A stretch of DNA of 64,000 nucleotides from Auanema rhodensis (lineage: Eukaryota; Animalia; Nematoda): the NCBI GenBank assembly GCA_964057225.1, contig OZ059896.1, positions 6,138,001 through 6,202,000 on the forward strand, read 5' to 3'. Under the pieces are notes generated by a model. The model was not told the DNA's origin and did not search any database. It worked only from the letters and a program-made list of their open reading frames with translations. This document shows, piece by piece, positions 15,001-30,000 of the stretch; position 1 is the stretch's first letter, and each line of letters begins with the position of its first letter. The position numbers were made by a program, and so were the translations under genes.

Positions 15001-18000
15001 ATTAGTCTAAAAACAATTTTTATTGATATTGGTGCATGGTAACCATGACTTTGAAATTTACGTGTACTTTAATTTATGCTAATTAAATGTACACGTGATG
15101 TGTACTTGGTATGTAACTCGCTTCACGTGAAAGATAAAGAGATGCGGTTTTCAAAATTGGATTCTCCATGTCCATATTAGTCTAAAAACAAATTTTTATT
15201 GATATTGGTGCATGGTAACCATGACTTTGAAATTTACGTGAACTTTTATTTATGCTAATTAAATGTACACGTGATGTGCACTTGATATGTAACTCGCTTC
15301 ACGTGAAAGATAAAGTGATGCGGTTTTCAAAATTAGATACCCCATGTCCATATTAGTCTAAAAACAAATTTTTATTCATATTGGTGCATGGTAACCATGA
15401 CTTTGAAATTTACGTGAACTTTAATTTATGCTAATTAAATGTACACTTGATGTGCACTTGATATGTAACTCGCTTCACGTGAAAGATAAAGTGATGCGGT
15501 TTTCAAAATTAGATACCCCATGTCCATATTAGTCTAAAAACAAATTTTTATTCATATTGGTGCATGGTAACCATGACTTTGAAATTTACGTGAACTTTAA
15601 TTTATGCTAATTAAATGTACACTTGATGTGCACTTGATATGTAACTCGCTTCACGTGAAAGATAAAGAGATGCGGTTTTCAAAATTAGATACCCCATGTC
15701 CATATTAGTCTAAAAACAAATTTTTATTCATATTGGTGCATGGTAACCATGACTTTGAAATTTACGTGAACTTTAATTTATGCTAATTAAATGTACACTT
15801 GATGTGCACTTGGTATGTAACTCGCTTCACGTGAAAGACAAAGAGATGCGGTTTTCAAAATTAGATTCCCCATGTCCATATTAGTCTAAAAACGAATTTT
15901 TATTGATATTGGTGCATGGTAACCATGACTTTGAAATTTACGTCAACTTTAATTTATGCTAATTAAATATACACGTGATGTGCCCTTGGTATGTAACTCG
16001 CTTCACGTGAAAAATAAAGAAATGCGGTTTTTAAAATTAAATTCCCCATGTCCATATTAGTCTAAAAACAAATTTTTATTGATATTGGTGCATGGTAACC
16101 ATGACTTTGAAATTTACTTGAACTTTAATTTATGCTAATTAAATGTACACGTGATGTGCACCTGGTATGTAACTCGCTTCACGTGAAAAATAAAGAGATG
16201 CGGTTTTCAAAATTAGATACCCCATGTCCATATTAGTCTAAAAACAAATTTTTATTGATATTGGTGCATGGTAACCATGACTTTGAAATTTACGTGAACT
16301 TTAATTTATGCTAATTAAATATACACGTGATGTGCATTTGGTATGTAACTCGCTTCACGTGAAAGATAAAGAGATGCGGTTTTCAAAATTAGATTCCCCA
16401 TGTCCATATTAGTCTAAAAACAATTTTTATTGATATTGGTGCATGGTAACCATGACTTTGAAATTTACGTGTACTTTAATTTATGCTAATTAAATGTACA
16501 CGTGATGTGTACTTGGTATGTAACTCGCTTCACGTGAAAGATAAAGAGATGCGGTTTTCAAAATTGGATTCTCCTTGTCCATATTAGTCTAAAAACAAAT
16601 TTTTATTGATATTGGTGCATGGTAACCATGACTTTGAAATTTACGTGAACTTTTATTTATGCTAATTAAATGTACACGTGATGTGCACTTGGTATGTAAC
16701 TCGCTTCCTGTAAAAGATAAAGAGATGCGGTTTTTAAACTTAGATTCCCCATGTCCATATTAGTCTAAAAACAAATTTTTATTGATATTGGTGCATGGTA
16801 ACCATGACTTTGAAATTTACGTGAACTTTAATTTATGCTAATTAAATATACACGTGATGTGCACTTGGTATGTAACTCGCTTCACGTGGAAAATAAAGAA
16901 ATGCGGTTTTCAAAATTAGATTCCCCATGTCCATATTAGTCTAAAAACAAATTTTTATTGATATTGGTGCATGGTAACCATGACTTTGAAATTTACGTCA
17001 ACTTTAATTTATGCTAATTAAATATACACGTGATGTGCCCTTGGTATGTAACTCGCTTTACGTGAAAGATAAAGAGATGCGGTTTTCAAAATTAGATTCC
17101 CCATGTCCATATTAGTCTAAAAACAAATTTTTATTGATATTGGTGCATGGTAACCATGACTTTGAAATTTACGTCAACTTTAATTTATGCTAATTAAATA
17201 TACACGTGATGTGCCCTTGGTATGTAACTCGCTTTACGTGAAAGATAAAGAGATGCGGTTTTCAAAGTTAGATTCCCCATGTCCATATTAGTCTAAAAAC
17301 AAATTTTTATTATTATTGGTTCATGGTAACCATGACTTTGAAATTTACGTGAACTTTAATTTATGCTAATTAAATGTACACTTGATGTGCACTTGATATG
17401 TAACTCGCTTCACGTGAAAGATAAAGAGATGCGGTTTTTAAAATTGGATTCTCCATGTCCATATTAGTCTAAAAACAAATTTTTATTAATATTGGTTCAT
17501 GGTAACCATGACTTTGAAATTTACGTGAACTTTAATTTATGCTAATTAAATGTACACTTGATGTGCACTTGATATGTAACTCGCTTCACGTGAAAGATAA
17601 AGAGATGCGGTTTTTAAAATTGGATTCTCCATGTCCATATTAGTCTAAAAACAAATTTTTATTAATATTGGTTCATGGTAACCATGACTTTGAAATTTAC
17701 GTCAACTTTAATTTATGCTAATTAAATATACACGTGATGTGCCCTTGGTATGTAACTCGCTTTACGTGAAAGATAAAGAGATGCGGTTTTCAAAGTTAGA
17801 TTCCCCATGTCCATATTAGTCTAAAAACAAATTTTTATTAATATTGGTTCATGGTAACCATGACTTTGAAATTTACGTGAACTTTAATTTATGCTAATTA
17901 AATGTACACTTGATGTGCACTTGATATGTAACTCGCTTCACGTGAAAGATAAAGAGATGCGGTTTTTAAAATTGGATTCTCCATGTCCATATTAGTCTAA

Positions 18001-21000
18001 AAACAAATTTTTATTGATATTGGTGCATGGTAACCATGACTTTGAAATTTACGTGAACTTTAATTTATGCTAATTAAATATACACGTGATGTGCACTTGG
18101 TATGTAACTCGCTTCACGTGAAAGATAAAGAGATGCGGTTTTCAAAATTAGATACCCCATGTCCATATTAGTCTAAAAACAAATTTTTATTGATATTGGT
18201 GCATGGTAACCATGACTTTGAAATTTACGTCAACTTTTATTTATGCTAATTAAATGTACATGTGATGTGCACCTGGTATGTAACTCGCTTCACGTGAAAA
18301 ATAAAGAAATGCGGTTTTTAAAATTAGATTCCCCATGTCCATATTAGTCTAAAAACAAATTTTTATTGATATTGGTGCATGGTAACCATGACTTTGAAAT
18401 TTAAGTGAACTTTAATTTATGCTAATTAAATGTACACTTGATGTGCACTTGATATGTAACTCGCTTCACGTGAAAGATAAAAAGATGCGGTTTTCAAAAT
18501 TAGATTCCCCATGTCCATATTAGTCTAAAAACAAATTTTTATTGATATTGGTTCATGGTAACCATGACTTTGAAATTTACGTGAACTTTAATTTATGCTA
18601 ATTAAATGTACACTTGATGTGCACTTGATATGTAACTCGCTTCACGTGAAAGATAAAGAGATGCGGTTTTTAAAATTGGATTCTCTATGTCCATATTAGT
18701 CTAAAAACAATTTTTATTGATATTGGTGCATGGTAACCATGACTTTGAAATTTACGTTCACTTTAATTTATGCTAATTAAATGTACACTTGATGTGCACT
18801 TGATATGTAACTCGCTTCACGTGAAAGATAAAGTGATGCGGTTTTCAAAATTAGATACCCCATGTCCATATTAGTCTAAAAACAAATTTTTATTAATATT
18901 GGTTCATGGTAACCATGACTTTGAAATTTACGTGAACTTTAATTTATGCTAATTAAATGTACACTTGATGTGCACTTGATATGTAACTCGCTTCACGTGA
19001 AAGATAAAAAGATGCGGTTTTCAAAATTAGATTCCCCATGTCCATATTAGTCTAAAAACAAATTTTTATTGATATTGGTGCATGGTAACCATGACTTTGA
19101 AATTTACGTGAACTTTAATTTATGCTAATTAAATGTACACTTGATGTGCACTTGATATGTAACTCGCTTCACGTGAAAGATAAAGAGATGCGGTTTTCAA
19201 AATTAGATACCCCATGTCCATATTAGTCTAAAAACAAATTTTTATTCATATTGGTGCATGGTAACCATGACTTTGAAATTTACGTGAACTTTAATTTATG
19301 CTAATTAAATGTACACTTGATGTGCACTTGGTATGTAACTCGCTTCACGTGAAAGACAAAGAGATGCGGTTTTCAAAATTAGATTCCCCATGTCCATATT
19401 AGTCTAAAAACGAATTTTTATTGATATTGGTGCATGGTAACCATGACTTTGAAATTTACGTGAACTTTAATTTATGCTAATTAAATATACACGTGATGTG
19501 CCCTTGGTATGTAACTCGCTTTACGTGAAAGATAAAGAGATGCGGTTTTCAAAATTAGATTCCCCATGTCCATATTAGTCTAAAAACAAATTTGTATTGA
19601 TATTGGTGCATGGTAACTATGACTTTGAAATTTACGTGAACTTTAATTTATGCTAATTAAATGTACACGTGATGTGCACTTGGTATGTAACTCGCTTCAC
19701 GTGAAAAATAAAGAAATGCGGTTTTTAAAATTAAATTCCCCATGTCCATATTAGTCTAAAAACAAATTTTTATTGATATTGGTGCATGGTAACCATGACT
19801 TTGAAATTTACGTGAACTTTAATTTATGCTAATTAAATGTACACGTGATGTGCACCTGGTATGTAACTCGCTTCACGTGAAAAATAAAGAAATGCGGTTT
19901 TAAAAATTAAATTCCCCATGTCCATATTAGTCTAAAAACAAATTTTTATTAATATTGGTTCATGGTAACCATGACTTTGAAATTTACGTGAACTTTAATT
20001 TATGCTAATTAAATGTACACTTGATGTGCACTTGATATGTAACTCGCTTCACGTGAAAGATAAAGAGATGCGGTTTTCAAAATTAGATACCCCATGTCCA
20101 TATTAGTCTAAAAACAAATTTTTATTGATATTGGTGCATGGTAACCATGACTTTGAAATTTACGTGAACTTTAATTTATGCTAATTAAATATACACGTGA
20201 TGTGCACTTGGTATGTAACTCGCTTCACGTGAAAGATAAAGAGATGCGGTTTTCAAAATTAGATTCCCCATGTCCATATTAGTCTAAAAACAATTTTTAT
20301 TGATATTGGTGCATGGTAACCATGACTTTGAAATTTACGTGTACTTTAATTTATGCTAATTAAATGTACACGTGATGTGTACTTGGTATGTAACTCGCTT
20401 CACGTGAAAGATAAAGAGATGCGGTTTTCAAAATTGGATTCTCCATGTCCATATTAGTCTAAAAACAAATTTTTATTGATATTGGTGCATGGTAACCATG
20501 ACTTTGAAATTTACGTGAACTTTTATTTATGCTAATTAAATGTACACGTGATGTGCACTTGGTATGTAACTCGCTTCACGTGAAAGACAAAGAGATGCGG
20601 TTTTCAAAATTAGATTCCCCATGTCCATATTAGTCTAAAAACAAATTTTTATTGATATTGGTGCATGGTAACCATGACTTTGAAATTTACGTCAACTTTA
20701 ATTTATGCTAATTAAATATACACGTGATGTGCCCTTGGTATGTAACTCGCTTTACGTGAAAGATAAAGAGATGCGGTTTTCAAAATTAGATTCCCCATGT
20801 CCATATTAGTCTAAAAACAAATTTTTATTGATATTGGTGCATGGTAACCATGACTTTGAAATTTACGTGAACTTTAATTTATGCTAATTAAATATACACG
20901 TGATGTGCCCTTGGTATGTAACTCGCTTTACGTGAAAGATAAAGAGATGCGGTTTTCAAAGTTAGATTCCCCATGTCCATATTAGTCTAAAAACAAATTT

Positions 21001-24000
21001 TTATTAATATTGGTTCATGGTAACCATGACTTTGAAATTTACGTGAACTTTAATTTATGCTAATTAAATGTACACTTGATGTGCACTTGATATGTAACTC
21101 GCTTCACGTGAAAGATAAAGAGATGCGGTTTTTAAAATTGGATTCTCCATGTCCATATTAGTCTAAAAACAAATTTTTATTGATATTGGTGCATGGTAAC
21201 CATGACTTTGAAATTTACGTGAACTTTAATTTATGCTAATTAAATATACACGTGATGTGCACTTGGTATGTAACTCGCTTCACGTGAAAGATAAAGAGAT
21301 GCGGTTTTCAAAATTAGATACCCCATGTCCATATTAGTCTAAAAACAAATTTTTATTGATATTGGTGCATGGTAACCCTGACTTTGAAATTTACGTCAAC
21401 TTTTTTTTATGCTAATTAAATGTACACGTGATGTGTACTTGGTATGTAACTCGCTTCACGTGAAAGATAAAGAGATGCGGTTTTCAAAATTGGATTCTCC
21501 ATGTCCATATTAGTCTAAAAACAAATTTTTATTGATATTGGTGCATGGTAACCATGACTTTGAAATTTACGTGAACTTTAATTTATGCTAATTAAATGTA
21601 CACTTGATGTGCACTTGGTATGTAACTCGCTTCACGTGAAAGACAAAGAGATGCGGTTTTCAAAATTAGATTCCCCATGTCCATATTAGTCTAAAAACAA
21701 ATTTTTATTGATATTGGTGCATGGTAACCATGACTTTGAAATTTACGTCAACTTTAATTTATGCTAATTAAATATACACGTGATGTGCCCTTGGTATGTA
21801 ACTCGCTTTACGTGAAAGATAAAGAGATGCGGTTTTCAAAATTAGATTCCCCATGTCCATATGAGTCTAAAAACAAATTTTTATTGATATTGGTGCATGG
21901 TAACCATGACTTTGAAATTTACGTGAACTTTAATTTATGCTAATTAAATATACACGTGATGTGCCCTTGGTATGTAACTCGCTTTACGTGAAAGATAAAG
22001 AGATGCGGTTTTCAAAGTTAGATTCCCCATGTCCATATTAGTCTAAAAACAAATTTTTATTAATATTGGTTCATGGTAACCATGACTTTGAAATTTACGT
22101 GAACTTTAATTTATGCTAATTAAATATACACGTGATGTGCCCTTGGTATGTAACTCGCTTTACGTGAAAGATAAAGAGATGCGGTTTTCAAAGTTAGATT
22201 CCCCATGTCCATATTAGTCTAAAAACAAATTTTTATTGATATTGGTGCATGGTAACCATGACTTTGAAATTTACGTGAACTTTAATTTATGCTAATTAAA
22301 TATACACGTGATGTGCACTTGGTATGTAACTCGCTTCACGTGAAAGATAAAGAGATGCGGTTTTCAAAATTAGATACCCCATGTCCATATTAGTCTAAAA
22401 ACAAATTTTTATTGATATTGGTGCATGGTAACCATGACTTTGAAATTTACGTCAACTTTTATTTATGCTAATTAAATGTACACGTGATGTGTACTTGGTA
22501 TGTAACTCGCTTCACGTGAAAGATAAAGAGATGCGGTTTTCAAAATTGGATTCTCCATGTCCATATTAGTCTAAAAACAAATTTTTATTGATATTGATGC
22601 ATGGTAACCATGACTTTGAAATTTACGTGAACTTTAATTTATGCTAATTAAATATACACGTGATGTGCACTTGGTATGTAACTCGCTTCACGTGAAAGAT
22701 AAAGAGATGCGGTTTTCAAAATTAGATTCCCCATGTCCATATTAGTCTAAAAACAATTTTTATTGATATTGGTGCATGGTAACCATGACTTTGAAATTTA
22801 CGTGTACTTTAATTTATGCTAATTAAATGTACACGTGATGTGTACTTGGTATGTAACTCGCTTCACGTGAAAGATAAAGAGATGCGGTTTTCAAAATTGG
22901 ATTCTCCATGTCCATATTAGTCTAAAAACAAATTTTTATTGATATTGGTGCATGGTAACCATGACTTTGAAATTTACGTGAACTTTTATTTATGCTAATT
23001 AAATGTACACGTGATGTGCACTTGGTATGTAACTCGCTTCCTGTAAAAGATAAAGAGATGCGGTTTTTAAACTTAGATTCCCCATGTCCATATTAGTCTA
23101 AAAACAAATTTTTATTGATATTGGTGCATGGTAACCATGACTTTGAAATTTACGTGAACTTTAATTTATGCTAATTAAATATACACGTGATGTGCACTTG
23201 GTATGTAACTCGCTTCACGTGGAAAATAAAGAAATTCGGTTTTCAAAATTAAATTCCCCATGTCCATATTAGTCTAAAAACAAAATTTTATTGATATTGG
23301 TGCATGGTAACCATGACTTTGAAATTTAAGTGAACTTTAATTTATGCTAATTAAATGTACACTTGATGTGCACTTGGTATGTAACTCGCTTCACGTGAAA
23401 GACAAAGAGATGCGGTTTTCAAAATTAGATTCCCCATGTCCATATTAGTCTAAAAACAAATTTTTATTGATATTGGTGCATGGTAACCATGACTTTGAAA
23501 TTTACGTGAACTTTAATTTATGCTAATTAAATATACACGTGATGTGCACTTGGTATGTAACTCGCTTCACGTGGAAAATAAAGAAATGCGGTTTTCAAAA
23601 TTAAATTCCCCATGTCCATATTAGTCTAAAAACAAATTTTTATTGATATTGGTGCATGGTAACCATGACTTTGAAATTTACGTGAACTTTAATTTATGCT
23701 AATTAAATGTACACTTGATGTGCACTTGGTATGTAACTCGCTTCACGTGAAAGACAAAGAGATGCGGTTTTCAAAATTAGATTCCCCATGTCCATATTAG
23801 TCTAAAAACAAATTTTTATTGATATTGGTGCATGGTAACCATGACTTTGAAATTTACGTTCACTTTAATTTATGCTAATTAAATGTACACTTGATGTGCA
23901 CTTGATATGTAACTCGCTTCACGTGAAAGATAAAGAGATGCGGTTTTCAAAATTAGATACCCCATGTCCATATTAGTCTAAAAACAAATTTTTATTGATA

Positions 24001-27000
24001 TTGGTGCATGGTAACCATGACTTTGAAATTTACGTGAACTTTAATTTATGCTAATTAAATGTACACTTGATGTGCACTTGATATGTAACTCGCTTCACGT
24101 GAAAGATAAAGAGATGCGGTTTTTAAAATTGGATTCTCTATGTCCATATTAGTCTAAAAACAATTTTCATTGATATTGGTGCATGGTAACCATGACTTTG
24201 AAATTTACGTTCACTTTAATTTATGCTAATTAAATGTACACTTGATGTGCACTTGATATGTAACTCGCTTCACGTGAAAGATAAAGAGATGCGGTTTTCA
24301 AAATTAGATACCCCATGTCCATATTAGTCTAAAAACAAATTTTTATTCATATTGGTGCATGGTAACCATGACTTTGAAATTTACGTGAACTTTAATTTAT
24401 GCTAATTAAATGTACACTTGATGTGCACTTGATATGTAACTCGCTTCACGTGAAAGATAAAGAGATGCGGTTTTCAAAATTAGATACCCCATGTCCATAT
24501 TAGTCTAAAAACAAATTTTTATTCATATTGGTGCATGGTAACCATGACTTTGAAATTTACGTGAACTTTAATTTATGCTAATTAAATGTACACTTGATGT
24601 GCACTTGGTATGTAACTCGCTTCACGTGAAAGACAAAAAGATGCGGTTTTCAAAATTAGATTCCCCATGTCAATATTAGTCTAAAAACGAATTTTTATTG
24701 ATATTGGTGCATGGTAACCATGACTTTGAAATTTACGTGAACTTTAATTTATGCTAATTAAATATACACGTGATGTGCCCTTGGTATGTAACTCGCTTTA
24801 CGTGAAAGATAAAGAGATGCGGTTTTCGAAATTAGATACCCCATGTCCATATTAGTCTAAAAACAAATTTTTATTCATATTGGTGCATGGTAACCATGAC
24901 TTTGAAATTTACGTGAACTTTAATTTATGCTAATTAAATGTACACTTGATGTGCACTTGATATGTAACTCGCTTCACGTGAAAGATAAAGAGATGCGGTT
25001 TTCAAAATTAGATACCCCATGTCCATATTAGTCTAAAAACAAATTTTTATTCATATTGGTGCATGGTAACCATGACTTTGAAATTTACGTGAACTTTAAT
25101 TTATGCTAATTAAATGTACACTTGATGTGCACTTGATATGTAACTCGCTTCACGTGAAAGATAAAGAGATGCGGTTTTCAAAATTAGATACCCCATGTCC
25201 ATATTAGTCTAAAAACAAATTTTTATTCATATTGGTGCATGGTAACCATGACTTTGAAATTTACGTGAACTTTAATTTATGCTAATTAAATGTACACTTG
25301 ATGTGCACTTGGTATGTAACTCGCTTCACGTGAAAGACAAAAAGATGCGGTTTTCAAAATTAGATTCCCCATGTCAATATTAGTCTAAAAACGAATTTTT
25401 ATTGATATTGGTGCATGGTAACCATGACTTTGAAATTTACGTGAACTTTAATTTATGCTAATTAAATATACACGTGATGTGCCCTTGGTATGTAACTCGC
25501 TTTACGTGAAAGATAAAGAGATGCGGTTTTCGAAATTAGATTCCCCATGTCCATATTAGTCTAAAAACAAATTTTTATTGATATTGGTGCATGGTAACCA
25601 TGACTTTGAAATTTACGTGAACTTTAATTTATGCTAATTAAATGTACACGTGATGTGCACCTGGTATGTAACTCGCTTCACGTGAAAGATAAAGAGATGC
25701 GGTATTCAAAATTAGATTCCCCATGTCCATATTAGTCTAAAAACAAATTTTTATTGATATTGGTGCATGGTAACCATGACTTTGAAATTTACGTGAACTT
25801 TAATTTATGCTAATTAAATGTACACTTGATGTGCACTTGGTATGTAACTCGCTTCACGTGAAAGACAAAGAGATGCGGTATTCAAAATTAGATTCCCCAT
25901 GTCCATATTAGTCTAAAAACAAATTTTTATTGATATTGGTGCATGGTAACCCTGACTTTGAAATTTACGTCAACTTTTTTTTATGCTAATTAAATGTACA
26001 CGTGATGTGTACTTGGTATGTAACTCGCTTCACGTGAAAGACAAAGAGATGCGGTTTTCAAAATTAAATTCCCCATGTCCATATTAGTCTAAAAACAAAT
26101 TTTTATTAATATTGGTTCATGGTAACCATGACTTTGAAATTTACGTGAACTTTAATTTATGCTAATTAAATGTACACTTGATGTGCACTTGATATGTAAC
26201 TCGCTTCACGTGAAAGACAAAGAGATGCGGTTTTCAAAATTAGATTCCCCATGTCAATATTAGTCTAAAAACGAATTTTTATTGATATTGGTGCATGGTA
26301 ACAATGACTTTGAAATTTACGTTCACTTTAATTTATGCTAATTAAATGTACACTTGATGTGCACTTGATATGTAACTCGCTTCACGTGAAAGATAAAAAG
26401 ATGCGGTTTTCAAAATTAGATTCCCCATGTCCATATTAGTCTAAAAACAAATTTTTATTGATATTGGTGCATGGTAACCATGACTTTGAAATTTACGTGA
26501 ACTTTAATTTATGCTAATTAAATGTACACTTGATGTGCACTTGGTATGTAACTCGCTTCACGTGAAAGACAAAGAGATGCGGTTTTCAAAATTAAATTCC
26601 CCATGTCCATATTAGTCTAAAAACAAATTTTTATTAATATTGGTTCATGGTAACCATGACTTTGAAATTTACGTGAACTTTAATTTATGCTAATTAAATG
26701 TACACTTGATGTGCACTTGGTATGTAACTCGCTTCACGTGAAAGACAAAGAGATGCGGTTTTCAAAATTAAATTCCCCATGTCCATATTAGTCTAAAAAC
26801 AAATTTTTATTAATATTGGTTCATGGTAACCATGACTTTGAAATTTACGTGAACTTTAATTTATGCTAATTAAATGTACACTTGATGTGCACTTGATATG
26901 TAACTCGCTTCACGTGAAAGATAAAGAGATGCGGTTTTCGAAATTAGATTCCCCATGTCCATATTAGTCTAAAAACAAATTTGTATTGATATTGGTGCAT

Positions 27001-30000
27001 GGTAACCATGACTTTGAAATTTACGTGAACTTTAATTTATGCTAATTAAATGTACACGTGATGTGCACCTGGTATGTAACTCGCTTCACGTGAAAGATAA
27101 AGAGATGCGGTATTCAAAATTGGATTCTCCATGTCCATATTAGTCTAAAAACAAATTTTTATTGATATTGGTGCATGGTAACCATGACTTTGAAATTTAC
27201 GTGAACTTTAATTTATGCTAATTAAATGTACACTTGATGTGCACTTGATATGTAACTCGCTTCACGTGAAAGACAAAGAGATGCGGTTTTCAAAATTAGA
27301 TTCCCCATGTCAATATTAGTCTAAAAACGAATTTTTATTGATATTGGTGCATGGTAACCATGACTTTGAAATTTACGTGAACTTTAATTTATGCTAATTA
27401 AATGTACACTTGATGTGCACTTGATATGTAACTCGCTTCACGTGAAAGATAAAAAGATGCGGTTTTCAAAATTAGATTCCCCATGTCCATATTAGTCTAA
27501 AAACAAATTTTTATTGATATTGGTGCATGGTAACCATGACTTTGAAATTTACGTGAACTTTAATTTATGCTAATTAAATGTACACTTGATGTGCACTTGG
27601 TATGTAACTCGCTTCACGTGAAAGATAAAAAGATGCGGTTTTCAAAATTAGATTCCCCATGTCCATATTAGTCTAAAAACAAATTTTTATTGATATTGGT
27701 GCATGGTAACCATGACTTTGAAATTTACGTGAACTTTAATTTATGCTAATTAAATGTACACTTGATGTGCACTTGATATGTAACTCGCTTCACGTGAAAG
27801 ATAAAAAGATGCGGTTTTCAAAATTAGATTCCCCATGTCCATATTAGTCTAAAAACAAATTTTTATTGATATTGGTGCATGGTAACCATGACTTTGAAAT
27901 TTACGTGAACTTTAATTTATGCTAATTAAATGTACACTTGATGTGCACTTGATATGTAACTCGCTTCACGTGAAAGATAAAAAGATGCGGTTTTCAAAAT
28001 TAGATTCCCCATGTCCATATTAGTCTAAAAACAAATAATTTTTATTGATATTGGTGCATGGTAACCATGACTTTGAAATTTACGTGAACTTTAATTTATG
28101 CTAATTAAATATACACGTGATGTGCACTTGATATGTAACTCGCTTTACGTGAAAGATAAAGAGATGCGGTTTTCAAAATTAGATTCCCCATGTCCATATT
28201 AGTCTAAAAACAAATTTTTATTGATATTGGTTCATGGTAACCATGACTTTGAAATTTACGTGAACTTTAATTTATGCTAATTAAATGTACACTTGATGTG
28301 CACTTGATATGTAACTCGCTTCACGTGAAAGACAAAGAGATGCGGTTTTCAAAATTAGATTCCCCATGTCCATATTAGTCTAAAAACAAATTTTTATTGA
28401 TATTGGTTCATGGTAACCATGACTTTGAAATTTACGTGAACTTTAATTTATGCTAATTAAATGTACACTTGATGTGCACTTGATATGTAACTCGCTTCAC
28501 GTGAAAGATAAAAAGATGCGGTTTACAAAATTAGATTCCCCATGTCCATATTAGTCTAAAAACAAATTTTTATTGATATTGGTTCATGGTAACCATGACT
28601 TTGAAATTTACGTGAACTTTAATTTATGCTAATTAAATGTACACTTGATGTGCACTTGATATGTAACTCGCTTCACGTGAAAGACAAAGAGATGCGGTTT
28701 TCAAAATTAGATTCCCCATGTCCATATTAGTCTAAAAACAAATTTTTATTGATATTGGTTCATGGTAACCATGACTTTGAAATTTACGTGAACTTTAATT
28801 TATGCTAATTAAATGTACACTTGATGTGCACTTGATATGTAACTCGCTTTACGTGAAAGATAAAGAGATGCGGTTTTCAAAATTAGATTCCCCATGTCCA
28901 TATTAGTCTAAAAACAAATTTTTATTGATATTGGTTCATGGTAACCATGACTTTGAAATTTACGTGAACTTTAATTTATGCTAATTAAATGTACACTTGA
29001 TGTGCACTTGATATGTAACTCGCTTCACGTGAAAGATAAAAAGATGCGGTTTACAAAATTAGATTCCCCATGTCCATATTAGTCTAAAAACAAATTTTTA
29101 TTGATATTGGTGCATGGTAACCATGACTTTGAAATTTACGTGAACTTTAATTTATGCTAATTAAATGTACACTTGATGTGCACTTGATATGTAACTCGCT
29201 TCACGTGAAAGACAAAGAGATGCGGTTTTCAAAATTAGATTCCCCATGTCAATATTAGTCTAAAAACGAATTTTTATTGATATTGGTGCATGGTAACCAT
29301 GACTTTGAAATTTACGTGAACTTTAATTTATGCTAATTAAATATACACGTGATGTGCACTTGATATGTAACTCGCTTTACGTGAAAGATAAAGAGATGCG
29401 GTTTTCAAAATTAGATTCCCCATGTCCATATTAGTCTAAAAACAAATTTTTATTGATATTGGTTCATGGTAACCATGACTTTGAAATTTACGTGAACTTT
29501 AATTTATGCTAATTAAATGTACACTTGATGTGCACTTGATATGTAACTCGCTTCACGTGAAAGATAAAAAGATGCGGTTTACAAAATTAGATTCCCCATG
29601 TCCATATTAGTCTAAAAACAAATTTTTATTGATATTGGTGCATGGTAACCATGACTTTGAAATTTACGTGAACTTTAATTTATGCTAATTAAATGTACAC
29701 TTGATGTGCACTTGATATGTAACTCGCTTCACGTGAAAGACAAAGAGATGCGGTTTTCAAAATTAGATTCCCCATGTCAATATTAGTCTAAAAACGAATT
29801 TTTATTGATATTGGTGCATGGTAACCATGACTTTGAAATTTACGTGAACTTTAATTTATGCTAATTAAATGTACACTTGATGTGCACTTGATATGTAACT
29901 CGCTTCACGTGAAAGATAAAAAGATGCGGTTTTCAAAATTAGATTCCCCATGTCCATATTAGTCTAAAAACAAATTTTTATTGATATTGGTGCATGGTAA

